A stretch of 64,000 nt of DNA from Candidatus Saccharimonadota bacterium (GTDB lineage Bacteria > Patescibacteriota > Saccharimonadia > UBA4664), in assembly GCA_019352195.1 (NCBI GenBank), contig JACAFG010000001.1:2485-66484 (forward strand), written 5' to 3'. The position numbers and the translations under genes were made by a program. Position 1 is the first letter of the stretch. Every line of letters begins with the position of its first letter. Positions 1 to 9,964 of this stretch are shown here, piece by piece. The notes under the pieces were generated by a model. That model made no database searches. It was not told the origin of the DNA and worked only from the letters and a program-made list of their open reading frames with translations.

Positions 1-78
1 TAAATCAGCGACCGCATGGGTTGAGAATAATTTACGACCAATCAATGAAAGCTCTCGATAACATTAAGGACAATCTCA

Positions 79-545
79 TTGGATAAAACCGATCTTATCT
101 ACGTCGCCTCAAGCCCACCGATCCTGATCTAGCCCACATTGCGGCCGAGCTCAACGAAGCCGACTCCGAGGTCTCTATCAAAGCCTTTAGCGAGCAATCG
201 CTACGGGATTTCCTGAGCGATCCTAGTCGTTTCTATCTTATCGGTACTATCAATCGTCACATTGCTGGCGCTATCCACGGTTACGTTTTTCCGCACCCCA
301 CCGGCGTAAAATATATGTGGATCGATGAGGTTGATACCATCGCCCAATTTCGTCGCCAAGGCGTGGCTACCGCCATGCTCAAAGAAGTCTTTGAAATTGC
401 CAAAGAGCATGGCTGCGACGAAGCCTGGCTGGGTACCGAAAATGACAATCCTGGCGCCATGGCGCTCTACGAAGGACTCAATCCAACCGAGCATACCAAT
501 GGTCCGACGTACGCGTGGAAAATACCTTGGGGAAGGAAAGAATAG
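79..545 (+). CDS. GNAT family N-acetyltransferase (apparent 1-nt frameshift near 95)
   Basis: ORF 315-545 has acetyl-CoA motif FRRQGVA and A-LYE-L. The same frame is open back to 87 (YLRRLKPTD...) without a start. TTG at 79 after AAGGA is one base out of frame. Confidence 0.7.
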
Positions 546-617
546 GCGCATTGGCAATAGGTCGGTTAACGAGCCGCTAAACGCGTAGTAAAGTCCGAAC
601 CTTATCAAGGAGATCCC

Positions 618-815
618 ATGAAGACACTTATGGATACCGCCAAGCTGACCATTGTGATCGTCGTATTTCTCATCATAGCCATTCCAGCTCTCTCAATGGC
701 AACTGGTATTTGGCACACCATTGCCGTGATTGTCTTTGGCTTAGTCTGCCTTGGGATTATAATTACTCTATCCAGAATCGGGCGTAACGCTCAGAAAGGA
801 CCCCATGAACGCTAA
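618..815 (+). CDS. small two-helix membrane protein
   Basis: AAGGAG RBS; two hydrophobic segments. Confidence 0.6.
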   Translation: MKTLMDTAKLTIVIVVFLIIAIPALSMATGIWHTIAVIVFGLVCLGIIITLSRIGRNAQKGPHER

Positions 816-1275
816 CGAACAGGCCGAACTTAAGCAATTCCTTAATTTTGTGGCCACCAACGGCTATGGCAACGAAGCGACTAAGAAGCACCGCCAATCC
901 GACGGCTCCGATACCATTGAGCTTGCCGACGGCGACTGGAAGTTCCACGACAACTACTTCACCAGCTCCGACGGGCGCAGCTTTTTTGGCCGTGAAGTTG
1001 TCTTTAAGGCGGGGAAGCCCTATTGGTACATGGGCTACGCTGGATTTACTATCGCCGACGCCGAGCCGAGCGAAGTCGACAAGATTATTGGGACAGCCAT
1101 GCTTTCACCCGACGAAGATACGCCTATTCGCGGCCCGCTTGAACTCACTTTGGGTGACTGGCAGTATGCGTTTACGCCTGGCGACAGCCTCGACGAGTTT
1201 TACGCCGCCGAATGGATTAAACATAATGGTACCAACGTCTATTTAGCGCATTTGCATGGCGGGCTCATCGCTTAG
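805..1275 (+). CDS. DUF5680-like protein
   Basis: D-Y...FFGREVV...PYWYMGY-G and P-RGP pattern typical of this family; AAAGGA RBS. Confidence 0.6.
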   Translation: MNANEQAELKQFLNFVATNGYGNEATKKHRQSDGSDTIELADGDWKFHDNYFTSSDGRSFFGREVVFKAGKPYWYMGYAGFTIADAEPSEVDKIIGTAMLSPDEDTPIRGPLELTLGDWQYAFTPGDSLDEFYAAEWIKHNGTNVYLAHLHGGLIA

Positions 1276-1295
1276 TAAGTTTCAGTCTTATTGCA

Positions 1296-1326
1296 CAAAA
1301 CCGACCTAAAATTGAGGTCGGTTTTG
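1296..1326. terminator. intrinsic terminator hairpin
   Basis: CAAAACCGACCT / AGGTCGGTTTTG inverted repeat after 805-1275. Confidence 0.7.
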
Positions 1327-1389
1327 AGTTTTGGCTATGCAAATGATGTTCTCGAACTAGGGTGCCCAGGCCCCCATCAGCAGTGATAA

Positions 1390-1683
1390 ATCGATAACGT
1401 TGACGACGACGCTATCAAAGGCTACATATTGGGTCGCAAACTCGTCGACAACACCGCACTTATCGATGATCTCGGCGTCGGCCGCTATTTCCAACGTCAG
1501 GGAATTGGCACGCAGCTAGTTAACTTTGTTATTGATTGGGCACGCAGCGACGGTTTGAGTGCTCTCAAAGTCATCACTCAAGCTAACAACTTCGCCGCTG
1601 CGGCCACATACCGCGCCGCTGGCTTCGAAGAAACGGCTGGAGAATATCTATATTTTGAGAAGAAACTTTTAGATGGCGACTAA
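1390..1683 (+). pseudogene. N-terminally truncated GNAT acetyltransferase
   Basis: FQRQGIGTQL and A-ATY-AAGF motifs; frame blocked by stops at 1384-1389 and lacks the N-terminal half. Confidence 0.55.
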
Positions 1684-2232
1684 CCCCACGGCCGCACAAA
1701 TTATTGCGGCTATCAGATTGGCAACACTGCCGGCAGGCACGATAACTAAAATTGTTGCCATCGATGGCGGCGGCGGTGCCGGCAAAAGCACGCTCGCGCG
1801 CCACTTGGCGAGCGCCATGGGCAACGCCTACATTATCCATATGGACGATTTTATTCACGGGCGAGCCCCAATCCCAACTGGTGGCATCGGCTACGAGACG
1901 AGGTGTGCGAACCTATGTTGGCTGGTAAGGCCGCTCATTACCAGCGCTACGATGGTGCCACGGCGCAGCTAGCGGAATGGATTACGGTACCCGCCGCCAG
2001 CACCGTAATTATCGAAGGTTTTGGAGCTCTACGCCCCCAGTTTCGCCAGTACGTTTACTACGGTATTTGGGTAAATACGCCACCTAAAGTTCGTCTAACT
2101 CGCGGCTTGGCTCGTGGACATGAAGACGCCGCTCAGTGGCGACTGTGGCAGCAATCGGACCAAGAATATCTCAATCTTAACCGCCCCGATATGGCCGCCA
2201 GCCTCATAATTGATGGCACCACTACCTACTAA
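1673..2232 (+). pseudogene. uridine kinase-like P-loop kinase split by frameshift (~1860-1900)
   Basis: 1673-1972 has VAIDGGGGAGKST and HMDDF; 1903-2232 continues with YQRYD, VIIEG and RLTRGLARG in another frame. Confidence 0.75.
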
Positions 2233-2259
2233 CTGGCGCTCGTGGTACTAGAGTGCTAG
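2233..2259 (+). promoter_or_regulatory. CIRCE-like (HrcA) operator overlapping extended -10 of dnaJ
   Basis: CTGGCGCTC-N9-GAGTGCTAG versus consensus TTAGCACTC-N9-GAGTGCTAA; TGcTAGAAT at 2254-2262, ATG at 2270. Confidence 0.75.
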
Positions 2260-2269
2260 AATAATACCG

Positions 2270-3379
2270 ATGGCAACCAACCGCGATTACTACGAAATTT
2301 TAGGCGTTTCCAAATCGGCCACCCCTGATGAAATTAAGCGTGCTTATCGTAAATTGGCAATGGAGCATCATCCCGACAAACACGGTGGTGACGATGCCAA
2401 ATTTAAAGAAATCGGTGAGGCGTACGAAACCCTCAAAGACGACCAGAAACGTGCTGGCTACGACCAATTCGGTCAAGCGGGAGCTAGCGGCAATCCGTTT
2501 GGCGGTGGGGCCGGTGGACAGCAATATACTGGTGGGTTTGGGGGCGCCGAAGGCTTTGATTTTTCGGACATATTAAACCAATTTATGGGTGGCTCCGGGA
2601 CGGGCGCTCAGCAACGGCGTCCAACGCGCGGCCGTGATCTCGAAGTAAGTGTAAGCATCGACTTTTTGGAAGCTATCTTCGGCGTCCAGCGCGATATTAC
2701 GCTCACTCTAGATGAGCCTTGTGAGCATTGTCATGGTAACGGCGCCGAGCCAGGCAAAGGCACCAAGCAGTGTCCAACCTGTAAAGGCGCGGGCCAGGTT
2801 ACCCGCGTGCAACAGACTATTTTAGGTGGTATTCGCCAAGCTGTTATTTGTCCAACATGTGATGGTGCCGGTCAAATCCCCGTGGAGGTTTGTACGGTGT
2901 GTAAAGGCGCTGGCGTTATGCGTCGCCAAAAAACGACGAGTATCAAAATCCCTGCTGGCATCGATGACGGCATGGCAGTTCGTATTACCGGGGCGGGAGC
3001 AGCCATTAAAAACGGCAAAGCCCGAGGTGATTTGTACGTGCGCGTGCGTGTAAAAAGCGATAAGCGTTTTAATCGTGTCGATCAAACTATTTCCAGCGAA
3101 GCCGCGGTTACCATGGCGGCAGCCGCTTTGGGCACCGAAATCGACGTCGCCACCGTCGATGGCAACGTGACGGTAAAAATTCCCGCGGGCACGCAATCGG
3201 GCAAGATTTTCAAGCTCTCTGGCCGCGGGGTCCCAGGTGTTGGGGGTCGCTCGCGCGGGGATCATTTGGTTACCGTTACGGTAGAGATTCCGACCAAATT
3301 GTCCGCTCGCCAAAAAGAATTGCTCGAAGCATTTGCCGCCGAGCAGGATTCGCACAAGAAAGGCTTTTTCAAGCGATGA
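2270..3379 (+). CDS. dnaJ: molecular chaperone DnaJ
   Basis: J domain with HPD, G/F-rich linker, four CxxCxGxG repeats. Confidence 0.97.
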   Translation: MATNRDYYEILGVSKSATPDEIKRAYRKLAMEHHPDKHGGDDAKFKEIGEAYETLKDDQKRAGYDQFGQAGASGNPFGGGAGGQQYTGGFGGAEGFDFSDILNQFMGGSGTGAQQRRPTRGRDLEVSVSIDFLEAIFGVQRDITLTLDEPCEHCHGNGAEPGKGTKQCPTCKGAGQVTRVQQTILGGIRQAVICPTCDGAGQIPVEVCTVCKGAGVMRRQKTTSIKIPAGIDDGMAVRITGAGAAIKNGKARGDLYVRVRVKSDKRFNRVDQTISSEAAVTMAAAALGTEIDVATVDGNVTVKIPAGTQSGKIFKLSGRGVPGVGGRSRGDHLVTVTVEIPTKLSARQKELLEAFAAEQDSHKKGFFKR

Positions 3380-3585
3380 TAGTCTATCAACGGCCCAACC
3401 TAATTGTAATTATCGCGCTCGTTTTTTCACTTGCCGCCATCTTTGTTCCCGTTGCTGCTACCGGCGCGGTAATTGCGTGGAGTGCATGGGGCTATGATGA
3501 AATTCGCTATGGTGATGGTCCCTTGCGCCGCTTTTTTGGCTGCATCGCCATTGTTGGTGTCGCTATATGGCTGATCTGGCAGTAA
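3376..3585 (+). CDS. small membrane protein
   Basis: ATGA overlap with dnaJ stop; hydrophobic. Confidence 0.55.
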   Translation: MIVYQRPNLIVIIALVFSLAAIFVPVAATGAVIAWSAWGYDEIRYGDGPLRRFFGCIAIVGVAIWLIWQ

Positions 3586-4193
3586 AAACCGTAGTTTTTG
3601 ACTTTTTCGGCGTAATTTGCCCGAATTTAGCCGCTTTAACCGGGGCCGAATTTAGCCTCCGTCATGGCATAAGCCCGGTTGAGTTCTCACGTTTTGGTCA
3701 CACTCATCGCGAGGCTTTGGACGCGGGCCAAATGTCGCAGCTTCAATTTGCGACCTTGCTGCAAAAACAATGGCACGTGAACATAGAACCAGCCGCGTTA
3801 TGTGACGAGCTCGACGCACTCGATGGTCACTATTATGCCTTTGATCATCGCTTGCACGACCTTATCAAAGTAATTAAGCCGCAGGCCGCGGTTGCCGTCA
3901 TGAGTAACGTTTCGCGCGACGAAGGCGCCTATTTACGCAGCCTCGGTGCATACGATGCCTTCGACTCCGTGTTTTTATCGGGCGATGCACGTCTCACGAA
4001 GTCGGACCCAGCTTGGTTTAACCAGGTTGCCGATAGCTTAGTCTGCCTGCCCGGCGAAGTAATGCTCATCGACGATTGTATGGGCAACGTCACCAGCGCT
4101 CGCGCTGCCGGCTGGAGCAGTTCATACTGGTATCAGACGCCGGTGCTCCTCGCGGCGTATCTAGCACAACTTGGGTTTAACACGGAGAAATGA
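3567..4193 (+). CDS. HAD-superfamily hydrolase
   Basis: VVFDFFGV motif I, MSN motif II, K...IDD motifs III/IV. Confidence 0.85.
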   Translation: MADLAVKTVVFDFFGVICPNLAALTGAEFSLRHGISPVEFSRFGHTHREALDAGQMSQLQFATLLQKQWHVNIEPAALCDELDALDGHYYAFDHRLHDLIKVIKPQAAVAVMSNVSRDEGAYLRSLGAYDAFDSVFLSGDARLTKSDPAWFNQVADSLVCLPGEVMLIDDCMGNVTSARAAGWSSSYWYQTPVLLAAYLAQLGFNTEK

Positions 4194-4819
4194 TGAAAAT
4201 CTTGATACTAGGCGCCGCTGGCCGTACGGGCCGCGAACTGGTTACCCAGGCAATGGCTGGTGGTAACGAAGTGACGGCCTTCGCCCGAGCCACGGAACAT
4301 TTGCCAACGCTTGAGGGCCTGCGTGTAATTGTGGGTGATGCTGAAAATCCCGACCAAGTTGCCGCAGCCGCTCAAGGCAATGATGCTGTCGTAAGCGCGC
4401 TAGGCCACACCTCCACAATGAGATCGGCAGCGCAAACCGTTGCGATCCAGACGCTCATAAAAACCTTGCCGGCCGGTACCAAAGTTATTAGCCTGACGGG
4501 CTTTGGCGTCCCGGATGCCAAGGACCCGGCCATTCCTTTGCTAGGCAAAATAATGAACGGGGTCATCAAACTCGTGCCAGGCGATATGTTTAATGACGGC
4601 CGTCGGCATGTGGAATTACTACGCGCGAGCAAATTGGCTTATACCGTTGTGAGGGCGCCCCGCCTTACCACAGCCGCGGGCACTGGCCACTATGAGCTCG
4701 GGTATTTTAGTCTCAGCGCCACCGATGCCATTGCCCGTGCCGACGTCGCGGCGGCCATGCTGGGCTGCCTGTCGAATAACACCTGGGATCGTCAAACGCC
4801 CATGATCCGCGCTCAATAA
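4190..4819 (+). CDS. NAD(P)H-binding oxidoreductase (flavin reductase/BVR-B-like)
   Basis: ILGAAGRTG Rossmann motif; YTVVRAPRLT and IARADVA. Confidence 0.85.
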   Translation: MMKILILGAAGRTGRELVTQAMAGGNEVTAFARATEHLPTLEGLRVIVGDAENPDQVAAAAQGNDAVVSALGHTSTMRSAAQTVAIQTLIKTLPAGTKVISLTGFGVPDAKDPAIPLLGKIMNGVIKLVPGDMFNDGRRHVELLRASKLAYTVVRAPRLTTAAGTGHYELGYFSLSATDAIARADVAAAMLGCLSNNTWDRQTPMIRAQ

Positions 4820-6143
4820 ACGAAGGGCCCCCGGCGCCACATGTTGCGCCGATACGGGTGAAAGCCCCCATCAGGAACAGGCGATGAGTGACCGTATCAA
4901 CCAACACAGGTCGTACACCGTTGTTTCCGCCGTCGACGTTGCTTTGGTTGCCACTGAGGCGGAAATTCATGTAGCCGAGGATCGTCCCCTTGGTCGAAAA
5001 ACTGGTCGTCTGGTTGGCGTAGGGGCAGCCAATGTTGTTGCCATGGCCACGGTGATTACCGCTGATGTAGACGTTGCCAACCACCGCGACACCTTGAGTG
5101 TCACCTTCGGTTTTGCGCGCCCAGTTGAAATGGCCAGTGGCCGGAACCACTTGAGCAACTCCGTTGGTCGTGCCGCCGCCCCCCCAGCCGAGGACCAGCA
5201 GGGGCGCGCCCGGGGAATGCAGGTCCCAATCAAGCGACAGGGCTTCTTGTCCGTCCCAAGTAGCCTCGGGCCCCACGCCCGAATCGGGCTTGAGCACGGG
5301 CTTGAAGGCCGGATAGGCTGCGCCCGTGGTGAGCGGGTAGAGTTGCGCCAAACCGTGTTGCTTGAGCGAGCCTACCTGTTCGAACAATCCGCCCACAAAC
5401 AACGAGTTGAGGTGCGGACTAAGAATCATGGTCATCACTGGGCCGCCCGAACCGGTCTGGTTCCAGAGCAGGGCCCCGGAACCAACCTTGACCGCGCTGA
5501 TGTGGCTGCTAGCACCACCGCAAAACACCGTGGTTGGGTTTACGCCGATGGCACGGACCTGACTGCTCGAACCTTGATTCCAGCTCGTCAGTTTGCCCAA
5601 GGGAAAACCAAGCGCCGCGATGTAATGGGGACTCGCGCCGGCAAAGGTAGTGAAATCACCGGCAATGTATACGACGCCCGGACCACTCTTGATGCTCCAC
5701 ACGTACGAATTGATCCCGGTTCCGGCGTAGACCAACGCGCCGGTCGCCTCGTTGACGATGGCGAAATTGGTGGCCGGATGGCTTACGCCGTTGGCACCAA
5801 TCACGTTGCGGAAGTTGCCGCCAAAGGCCGCGTAGCGCGTGGTGCCAGCGGCAAAGATTCCTAAGAGCCCGTCACCGTCGGTGGCGGGGAACGCAATGGG
5901 TACCCCGCTGAAAGCTGTAGTGCCTGCCGGCGGCTTGGCCGCCACCGGGTACGGGCATGGCGGAATAGCTGCGACCTGAATGGTGGTAGCGCTGTTGGCC
6001 GACTCGGGAATGGGCTGTTGGGACAGGGGCACATCGTGGGCGCCACTTGGTGGGGTTGGAGTGGCGCCGGCTGAGGTGATGGTCGAAACCACCAGTGTCA
6101 GCCCGAGAGCCGCCACAAAGGCAGCTCGCAAGAAGTTGGACAT
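4713..6143 (-). CDS. secreted beta-propeller-like orphan protein (3' end uncertain)
   Basis: Signal peptide, Pro-rich linker, repeated GG-F blades (AFGGNF, IAGDF, FVGGLF, MGAF); AAGGAG RBS. The last ~35 codons overlap the convergent gene. Confidence 0.65.
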   Translation of the reverse strand: MSNFLRAAFVAALGLTLVVSTITSAGATPTPPSGAHDVPLSQQPIPESANSATTIQVAAIPPCPYPVAAKPPAGTTAFSGVPIAFPATDGDGLLGIFAAGTTRYAAFGGNFRNVIGANGVSHPATNFAIVNEATGALVYAGTGINSYVWSIKSGPGVVYIAGDFTTFAGASPHYIAALGFPLGKLTSWNQGSSSQVRAIGVNPTTVFCGGASSHISAVKVGSGALLWNQTGSGGPVMTMILSPHLNSLFVGGLFEQVGSLKQHGLAQLYPLTTGAAYPAFKPVLKPDSGVGPEATWDGQEALSLDWDLHSPGAPLLVLGWGGGGTTNGVAQVVPATGHFNWARKTEGDTQGVAVVGNVYISGNHRGHGNNIGCPYANQTTSFSTKGTILGYMNFRLSGNQSNVDGGNNGVRPVLVDTVTHRLFLMGAFTRIGATCGAGGPSFIERGSWAFDDPRCYSTGSPAWPPRRRHGQWHRWR

Positions 6144-6230
6144 GATGCTCCTTGGGAGTAGAGATGTTCACAAACTAGTCCAGATAGACGATAAAATATA
6201 ATACCATAATTAATACAAAACTACAACATT

Positions 6231-7034
6231 TTAATCAAGCTTAACCAACTTCAGCTTGACGGGTTCGCCAAATAGCGTGGCGGCTAAAGTTGTTGCCGCT
6301 GGGGTGATATCGGTCACTAAAAATTCTCTGATCGCATCGCGCCCAAGTTTAGTCTCAATCTCTGGGTGGCGATCCAAATAATCACTCAGTTTAGGTGGCA
6401 AAATTACGTTAGGTGCAATAATAGTTACGCTTGAACCCATCAGGCGCATGATTGGCTCGAGCAGAACCGGATAATGGGTACATCCAAGCACTAAGGTGTC
6501 GATTTTGGCCTCAATAAGCGGCTGCAAGTAATCGCGTAAAATAGGCTCGGCGTAACGGACACCACCATTTTCGATGAGGGGTACTAACAGTGGCGCAGGG
6601 CTTTGCGTTACCGCGGCAGCAGAACTTAGTTTGGTGATTTCGGTGACATATGTACCTGTGGCCACCGTCCCGACCGTCGCTAAGACGCCCACGCGCCCCT
6701 TATTTAGCTCTTTCACCGCTTCGGCCGTTGGCACCATCACACCTAAGACGTTGCGGTCCGGATAATGCCCAGGCAGCCAGGTTTGTTGCACCCGGCGCAA
6801 CGCTTCGGCCGAGGCGGTATTGCAGGCAATAATTACGAGCGCGCAGTCGGCCTCGCCCAACAAGTAACCTAAGGCTTCGCAGGTAAATTGATATACCAGC
6901 TCCATGGACCGGTTACCGTAGGGCACGCGCGCAGTATCCCCCAGATATACGTAGTCGTAATCTGGCAGCTTGGTCATAACGCTATGCGTAATGATTAGTC
7001 CACCAAGCCCAGAGTCGAAAATGCCAATCTTCAT
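6231..7034 (-). CDS. murI: glutamate racemase
   Basis: IGIFDSGLGG, ACNTAS, LGCTHY motifs. Confidence 0.95.
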   Translation of the reverse strand: MKIGIFDSGLGGLIITHSVMTKLPDYDYVYLGDTARVPYGNRSMELVYQFTCEALGYLLGEADCALVIIACNTASAEALRRVQQTWLPGHYPDRNVLGVMVPTAEAVKELNKGRVGVLATVGTVATGTYVTEITKLSSAAAVTQSPAPLLVPLIENGGVRYAEPILRDYLQPLIEAKIDTLVLGCTHYPVLLEPIMRLMGSSVTIIAPNVILPPKLSDYLDRHPEIETKLGRDAIREFLVTDITPAATTLAATLFGEPVKLKLVKLD

Positions 7035-7101
7035 AAGGGCATTATAGCAACCACACGCCAAAAGCTTGTCAGTGGTATAATCCACTCAAACCATAAGCCT
7101 T

Positions 7102-7581
7102 ATGCATTTGCCAGCCATTAGCCCCAATATTCTCATTATTCTCGCCATCGCCGGCGGCATGGTTTACGGTGCGGCGGGCGGAAAACACCGGCTGAGGATG
7201 TTTATCTTAAGCATTTACGTTGGCATTGTTATTGCCACACAGTTTGCGGCTATTGTGGTTGCGGCTACCCACCAACCAACCGATTTGGTAACGCTTGGGC
7301 TATTTTTCCTACCGATATTATTATTTGGCTTTAGCGGCAAAAGCGGTGGCAAACACGATCATCAGGGCGAATTACTCGCTAATTTGGTGGTCGGCCTCGC
7401 CGCCGGCGCCTTGCTGGCCGCCTCCGCACTCAAGCTCCTACCACCGAGCGAGGCCAATTCGCTTACCGACGGTGCGCTAGTAGCGTCGCTGTTATTGCAG
7501 TACCAATTATGGCTCGTAGCCTTATTGCCAATTGTGGCATTTGTGTTAGGACTTATGAAAAGTAAAGACAAACACCACTAG
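7102..7581 (+). CDS. membrane protein
   Basis: About five hydrophobic segments. Confidence 0.6.
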   Translation: MHLPAISPNILIILAIAGGMVYGAAGGKHRLRMFILSIYVGIVIATQFAAIVVAATHQPTDLVTLGLFFLPILLFGFSGKSGGKHDHQGELLANLVVGLAAGALLAASALKLLPPSEANSLTDGALVASLLLQYQLWLVALLPIVAFVLGLMKSKDKHH

Positions 7582-7762
7582 TTTCTTGCCTCAACACGGT
7601 CATATCGAGTACAATAGGGCGGTTCCACTTCACAAGTGATAGCGTTCTTGGCATTCTAATATCTCACCTGTGTTTGTCTCACCATCAAACTGGTCAAATG
7701 TTAACCTGCCGCGGCCACCATCTCGAATCTCACTTGGCTTATTATCACAAGCCTTTATTTAT

Positions 7763-7839
7763 GGGCCTGTAGCTCAGTTGGTTAGAGCAGGGGACTTTTA
7801 ATCCTCGTGTCCTGGGTTCGAATCCCAGCAGGCCCACCA
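7763..7839 (+). tRNA. tRNA-Lys(TTT)
   Basis: GGGCCTG acceptor stem, AGCTCAGTTGG D arm, loop CTTTTAA, GGTTCGAATCC T arm, CCA end. Confidence 0.95.
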
Positions 7840-7877
7840 AAGCAAAGCCCTCACATTCGTGGGGGTTTTGCTTTGGT
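7836..7877. terminator. bidirectional terminator hairpin
   Basis: ACCAAAGCAAAGCCCTCAC / GTGGGGGTTTTGCTTTGGT between convergent tRNA-Lys and phosphoesterase. Confidence 0.7.
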
Positions 7878-7907
7878 ACGATTTCCTAATTCAACCCCCG
7901 GCTTTTA

Positions 7908-9077
7908 CTATTGAAGGTTGTCGGCCGCCGCAATACTAACATTACTACCGGCGCTACAATTGGTGGCGCCACCAGGTGCCACACCGCTGGCGCAGCCTAA
8001 GTAGGGTGAGAGACCAAGTATCTGCTCGGTTGTCCGAAGGATACCAATATTGTTGGTAGCAGTGGTTACAACGGTCCCGGGTTTGATTGATGGGGCAATG
8101 ACAACACTTGGAATATTGCTGGCAGTCCCGCTATTGGCTGATCCCTCATCCCACATAATGAAAATAGCCGTATCACCAGATGCATAGTTGGGACCGGCCG
8201 TAATTAACGGTACGTAGGTTTTGAGCCAGTTGTCGCCCTCGGCCACCGTTCCGTCATGCATGTCGTTGTCGAGATTGGGGGTGATAAACGTAAAATTGGC
8301 GAGACTACCAGAAGCTATATCGGCAGTGAACGTGTTCGATGGGGTACCACTACACCCGAGACCAACCGTGGTGCTGCAGGTGATAGCCGGGATGCCAACA
8401 TCATTAATGGCGCAGTCGGCTGCAATCGGATTGTAGAATGCGGCAGGATTGTGTTTATAAGCGTAGCGGCCCGAACTTGCCAGACTACAGTTGGAGGGCA
8501 TGCTTTCGATATAGCTCTTCCAGCTCATGCTAGAGTTTTTTGCGAGCTGAAAAATACTCTCGCTATCAAGCGACGCAGCAGCATGATCGCCATCTGTCCG
8601 GAGGCAACCCGTACCGCTGCCGGTAGCGGTGTCGATGCCGGTATTGCAGTTGCTGCCTGAGGTAGCAACTGCGTATTGGGGCTCCGAAGGCAGCGCTACG
8701 GTGGTTGCGTTATCGATAACATTGGTGGCCTTGGAACACTGTGATGCGATCTGGTTTACAAATGGCGCATTGGCGGACTGGTCGACGGCACCATTGTCTT
8801 TATTCTCGTTCCAAATCCAAATCACGTGCTTGTAGTGAGCTGGAGGGGTAGCACCGGTACACGGGCCAGTAAAACGAACCGCTGACTGGCCACTGGCAGT
8901 AGTGCTAGAGATAAGGGAGGCTGGGCTCGTTCTAGCGCCACTCTCAGCTTCAAACGCTGTGGCTACTCCAGATGCATGACTAAATAGTTTGAACCCAACT
9001 CCCACAGCCACGAGTAACAACGCAAAAAGGAGGTAGTACGCTTTGCTTGTCTTGGCGACAGGGCGAACTAACGGCAT
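7908..9077 (-). CDS. secreted phosphoesterase (acid phosphatase/phospholipase C-like family)
   Basis: N-terminal TM, FEAESG segment, HVIWIWNENK, PSEPQY, KHNP, DMHDG, WDEG motifs. Confidence 0.8.
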   Translation of the reverse strand: MPLVRPVAKTSKAYYLLFALLLVAVGVGFKLFSHASGVATAFEAESGARTSPASLISSTTASGQSAVRFTGPCTGATPPAHYKHVIWIWNENKDNGAVDQSANAPFVNQIASQCSKATNVIDNATTVALPSEPQYAVATSGSNCNTGIDTATGSGTGCLRTDGDHAAASLDSESIFQLAKNSSMSWKSYIESMPSNCSLASSGRYAYKHNPAAFYNPIAADCAINDVGIPAITCSTTVGLGCSGTPSNTFTADIASGSLANFTFITPNLDNDMHDGTVAEGDNWLKTYVPLITAGPNYASGDTAIFIMWDEGSANSGTASNIPSVVIAPSIKPGTVVTTATNNIGILRTTEQILGLSPYLGCASGVAPGGATNCSAGSNVSIAAADNLQ

Positions 9078-9166
9078 ATGCTCTTCGTTTCATCCATGCT
9101 AAAAACTATTATATACCGAACTGCCGCGCGCTTCATTTAGCCATCAATCCGTGCGATACTACCCCC

Positions 9167-9352
9167 ATGAGTTTTATCAAAGATTTTGGTGATATTCTCA
9201 AGCTTGTGAAAGCTGGTGAGAATAGCTACAGTGCGGCTATGCAATACATTGAACGTAAAAAAGCCCAGCTTAAGCTTATTATCACGATTACCGTTATTTG
9301 GGCGTTAGTTATGCTGGGCTTGGTCATCTACATCGCGTTTAAAGTAAGTTAA
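9167..9352 (+). CDS. small protein with C-terminal TM helix
   Basis: MSFIKDFG... start 6 nt after TGcGATACT. Confidence 0.5.
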   Translation: MSFIKDFGDILKLVKAGENSYSAAMQYIERKKAQLKLIITITVIWALVMLGLVIYIAFKVS

Positions 9353-9358
9353 TCCCGC

Positions 9359-9964
9359 GTGGCGCTTATTAACCCGGGCTTTAAAGCTCCCGCCAACCGT
9401 GACGGCCATTTACCGCCGGGTCAATCGGTGGTGCATACGTGGCCGGTCTTAACTTATGGCCCCACTCCCATGATCGACGCGGGCGAGTGGACACTCACCA
9501 TCGACGGCGAAGTTAACACGCCGGTCACACTGAGCTGGGACGAATTTGATAAGCTGCCCAAAAGCTCGCTCGATACCGATATTCACTGTGTCACTCGTTG
9601 GAGCAAACTCGGCATGGGCTGGGATGGTGCTAGCCTCGACGAGCTCATCAAGCGAGCCGGTGGCCTTTCTCAAGACGCCAATTTTCTTATTGCCAGTTCT
9701 TACGGTGATTACACAACCAATTTGCCGGTTGCCGATATTATTGACGGCAAAGCTCTTGTGGCAACCCACGCTGATGACGAGCCACTAGCGGCCGAGCACG
9801 GCGGCCCGGCCAGGTTATTTGTACCGCATTTATATTTCTGGAAAAGTGCCAAGTGGATTACCCGGCTCACCTTCACTGACGCCGATGAACCCGGTTTTTG
9901 GGAAGTAAACGGCTATCACAATTACGGCGATCCGTGGCGCGAACAACGATACCGCAATGACTAG
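9359..9964 (+). CDS. sulfite oxidase-like molybdopterin-binding oxidoreductase (YuiH-like)
   Basis: LPPGQ, DIHCVTRWS, EHGGPARL, YFWKSAKW, GFWE-NGYH motifs. Confidence 0.9.
   Translation: MALINPGFKAPANRDGHLPPGQSVVHTWPVLTYGPTPMIDAGEWTLTIDGEVNTPVTLSWDEFDKLPKSSLDTDIHCVTRWSKLGMGWDGASLDELIKRAGGLSQDANFLIASSYGDYTTNLPVADIIDGKALVATHADDEPLAAEHGGPARLFVPHLYFWKSAKWITRLTFTDADEPGFWEVNGYHNYGDPWREQRYRND

Noticed and set aside
4884-5864. 326-aa plus-strand ORF
   Set aside because: Antisense shadow of the GC-rich 4713-6143 gene, which has the signal peptide and RBS.
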